A stretch of 64,000 bases of DNA, taken from Nitrospirota bacterium (GTDB lineage: Bacteria > Nitrospirota > UBA9217). The translations under genes and the position numbers were made by a program. The notes under the pieces were generated by a model. The model was given only the letters and a program-made list of their open reading frames with translations, ran no database searches and was not told the DNA's origin. Shown one piece after another: positions 62,491 through 64,000 of the stretch. The DNA lies in contig CAVWHO010000015.1 in the NCBI GenBank assembly GCA_963754875.1, forward strand, positions 96,001 through 160,000. The letters are read 5' to 3'. The number at the start of each line of letters is the position of its first letter. Position 1 is the stretch's first letter.

Positions 62491-64000
62491 CGAAATCAAG
62501 CACATAGCTGAAAGACTCTCCGTCCTTGGCGTATCGTGCGACGCAGCAGTGAACGACCTTTTCAACGATCTGCTTGCCGGACTTTTTAAAAAGGCAGTCA
62601 TCGTAGGTGACGCCGAAGAAGGCGGCAAAAAGCTGCGTAACGGCGATACGGACGTCCTTATCGTCGATGGTGCCCCCCCCACGCTTGACGGGCTGAAGTT
62701 GCTGAAGGAAATACGGCGGACGGATCAGAAACTATCGATCATCGTGATCGTTTCCCGTGAAGACGCCGGGGGCGTGTTCGACGCAATTTCCCACAGCGCG
62801 ACGCAGTTACTCGTAAAGCCTGTTCAGGTGGATAAACTCCTGAGCGCGTTGGATGCTGCCCTACAACGCAGCATGGGAGAACGTCAAAAACTGTTGGTAC
62901 ACGAGTTAACGCTTACGAGACAGCGGGAACGGCAGAGGCTCATTGAAGAAAAAATTTCTTTTTTTAAGGCATTGAGCACCATCAGAAATGATTTATATTA
63001 TAAAAAACTCGACGTTGTTGCAGCAGACGGGGAAAAATCGGAGTGGCTCATCAATATCCGCTATAAGCCGAAGGACGTGCTTTCCGGGGACTCCTATTCG
63101 ATCAGGACCGTGGATGAGGACCGGGTTTTCGTGTTCCTTATTGACGCCATGAGCAAAGGGCTTTCCGCATCATTTACCGCGCACCTGGTGACCGCTTTTG
63201 CGAACTATTTGATAGACAGGGAAAAGAACAATTTCAACTTCGGACTCTTTGTCCGCGAGTTTCAGCAATTCATCCGGCGAAACCTGCACGAGGAGGAGCC
63301 CTTGTCGGCCTCTCTTGCTCTTCTGGACCTGAAGAAGGGGATCATGGATTATGCGCTCTTTTCCATGCCCCCTCTCTATCTCCAGACAACCCATGATGAG
63401 GTGCTGAAACTCAATGGCTGCGCTATACCGATCATGAGGGATGCTCATGAAGTTGAACTCCGGCAGGCGGCGCTGCATCAATGCAAAAAAATACTGATCT
63501 GCAGCGATGGGTTGCTGGATCCCGACTATTATGAGCATCTTGAAGAGGATTTTGCCTCCTCATCGTTCAAGAACATGCTCTACAACCGGTTTGTCGACAG
63601 GGTGGGCGAAATACGGGATGATCTTACCATGGTTTTTCTCAGAAAGCTTGGAGGAGCAGTCCGCTGGGAGAAAACGTTCACGATACGCGCCCTCTTCGAT
63701 GAAGTAAACCGATCAATCCAGGATGTTGAAAAGCTGCTCACGACAATGGAGTATCGCTTCGAGTTTGTCATGGAATGCATAAATGCATATACCGAGATCA
63801 TCATGAACGCCTATGAGCACGGCAGCCTTCATATAGGGTCAACGCTGAAGAACAAGCTTGTCAGGGCGGGTGAATATGAAGACTACCTTCTCAAGAGGGA
63901 ACAGGAGGCGGGCGCAAAGATAACGATTACCCTGAAAGCGCTGGCGGACAACAAAAATGACATCGTGGTGGTAAAAGTCCGCGATGAGGGTGAGGGATTC
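62477..64000 (+). CDS. REC - PP2C (SpoIIE) phosphatase - RsbW-like kinase protein, truncated by window end
   Basis: Manual translation, open for 508 codons: DVLIVD..KP, LSGDSY, IDAMSKG, CSDG, DDLT, EIIMNAYEHG, VRDEGEGF. Not in the ORF track. Confidence 0.88.
   Translation, partial: MTGFDEIKHIAERLSVLGVSCDAAVNDLFNDLLAGLFKKAVIVGDAEEGGKKLRNGDTDVLIVDGAPPTLDGLKLLKEIRRTDQKLSIIVIVSREDAGGVFDAISHSATQLLVKPVQVDKLLSALDAALQRSMGERQKLLVHELTLTRQRERQRLIEEKISFFKALSTIRNDLYYKKLDVVAADGEKSEWLINIRYKPKDVLSGDSYSIRTVDEDRVFVFLIDAMSKGLSASFTAHLVTAFANYLIDREKNNFNFGLFVREFQQFIRRNLHEEEPLSASLALLDLKKGIMDYALFSMPPLYLQTTHDEVLKLNGCAIPIMRDAHEVELRQAALHQCKKILICSDGLLDPDYYEHLEEDFASSSFKNMLYNRFVDRVGEIRDDLTMVFLRKLGGAVRWEKTFTIRALFDEVNRSIQDVEKLLTTMEYRFEFVMECINAYTEIIMNAYEHGSLHIGSTLKNKLVRAGEYEDYLLKREQEAGAKITITLKALADNKNDIVVVKVRDEGEGF

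Overview
This is a GC-rich bacterial chromosomal window, probably Nitrospirota or deltaproteobacterial (taxonomy inferred from gene style only). It has five blocks. (1) 1-5.2 kb is a PhoB/PhoP-type regulator followed by minus-strand genes: PsiE, a GH1 glycosidase, several tiny proteins, a PHP hydrolase and an HpnI/ceramide-glucosyltransferase-like gene. These sit under four identically built promoters (four 11-bp-periodic repeats plus a -10 box), suggesting a phosphate-starvation, possibly glycolipid-remodelling, regulon. (2) 5.3-20.5 kb is a minus-strand chemosensory operon (mcp-cheY-cheA-STAS-cheA-mcp-[IS]-mcp-cheW-cheR-cheD-cheB). It has two CheAs carrying MshEN-like motifs, a CxxCH receptor and an MCP with a CheZ-like motif. 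(3) 20.9-36.5 kb holds a PilZ gene, an IS, the flgBC-fliEFGHIJ-motE operon, a TPR/kinase/regulator unit and a sigma54 activator. (4) 36.8-46.6 kb is fliLMNOPQR-flhBAFG-fliA. (5) 46.7-64 kb is a second chemosensory cluster: HEAT-cheR-RR-cheY-cheA, a CheW-CheZ fusion, hemerythrin, cheB, MCPs, a free Cache protein, HDOD and a REC-PP2C-kinase partner-switch protein. Sigma70, sigma54 and sigma28 promoters and GTC-N8-GAC operators can be read directly from the sequence. Many single-base frameshifts in 1-6 kb and 23.4-32.4 kb are most likely sequencing or assembly errors. I saw no rRNA, tRNA or CRISPR array.
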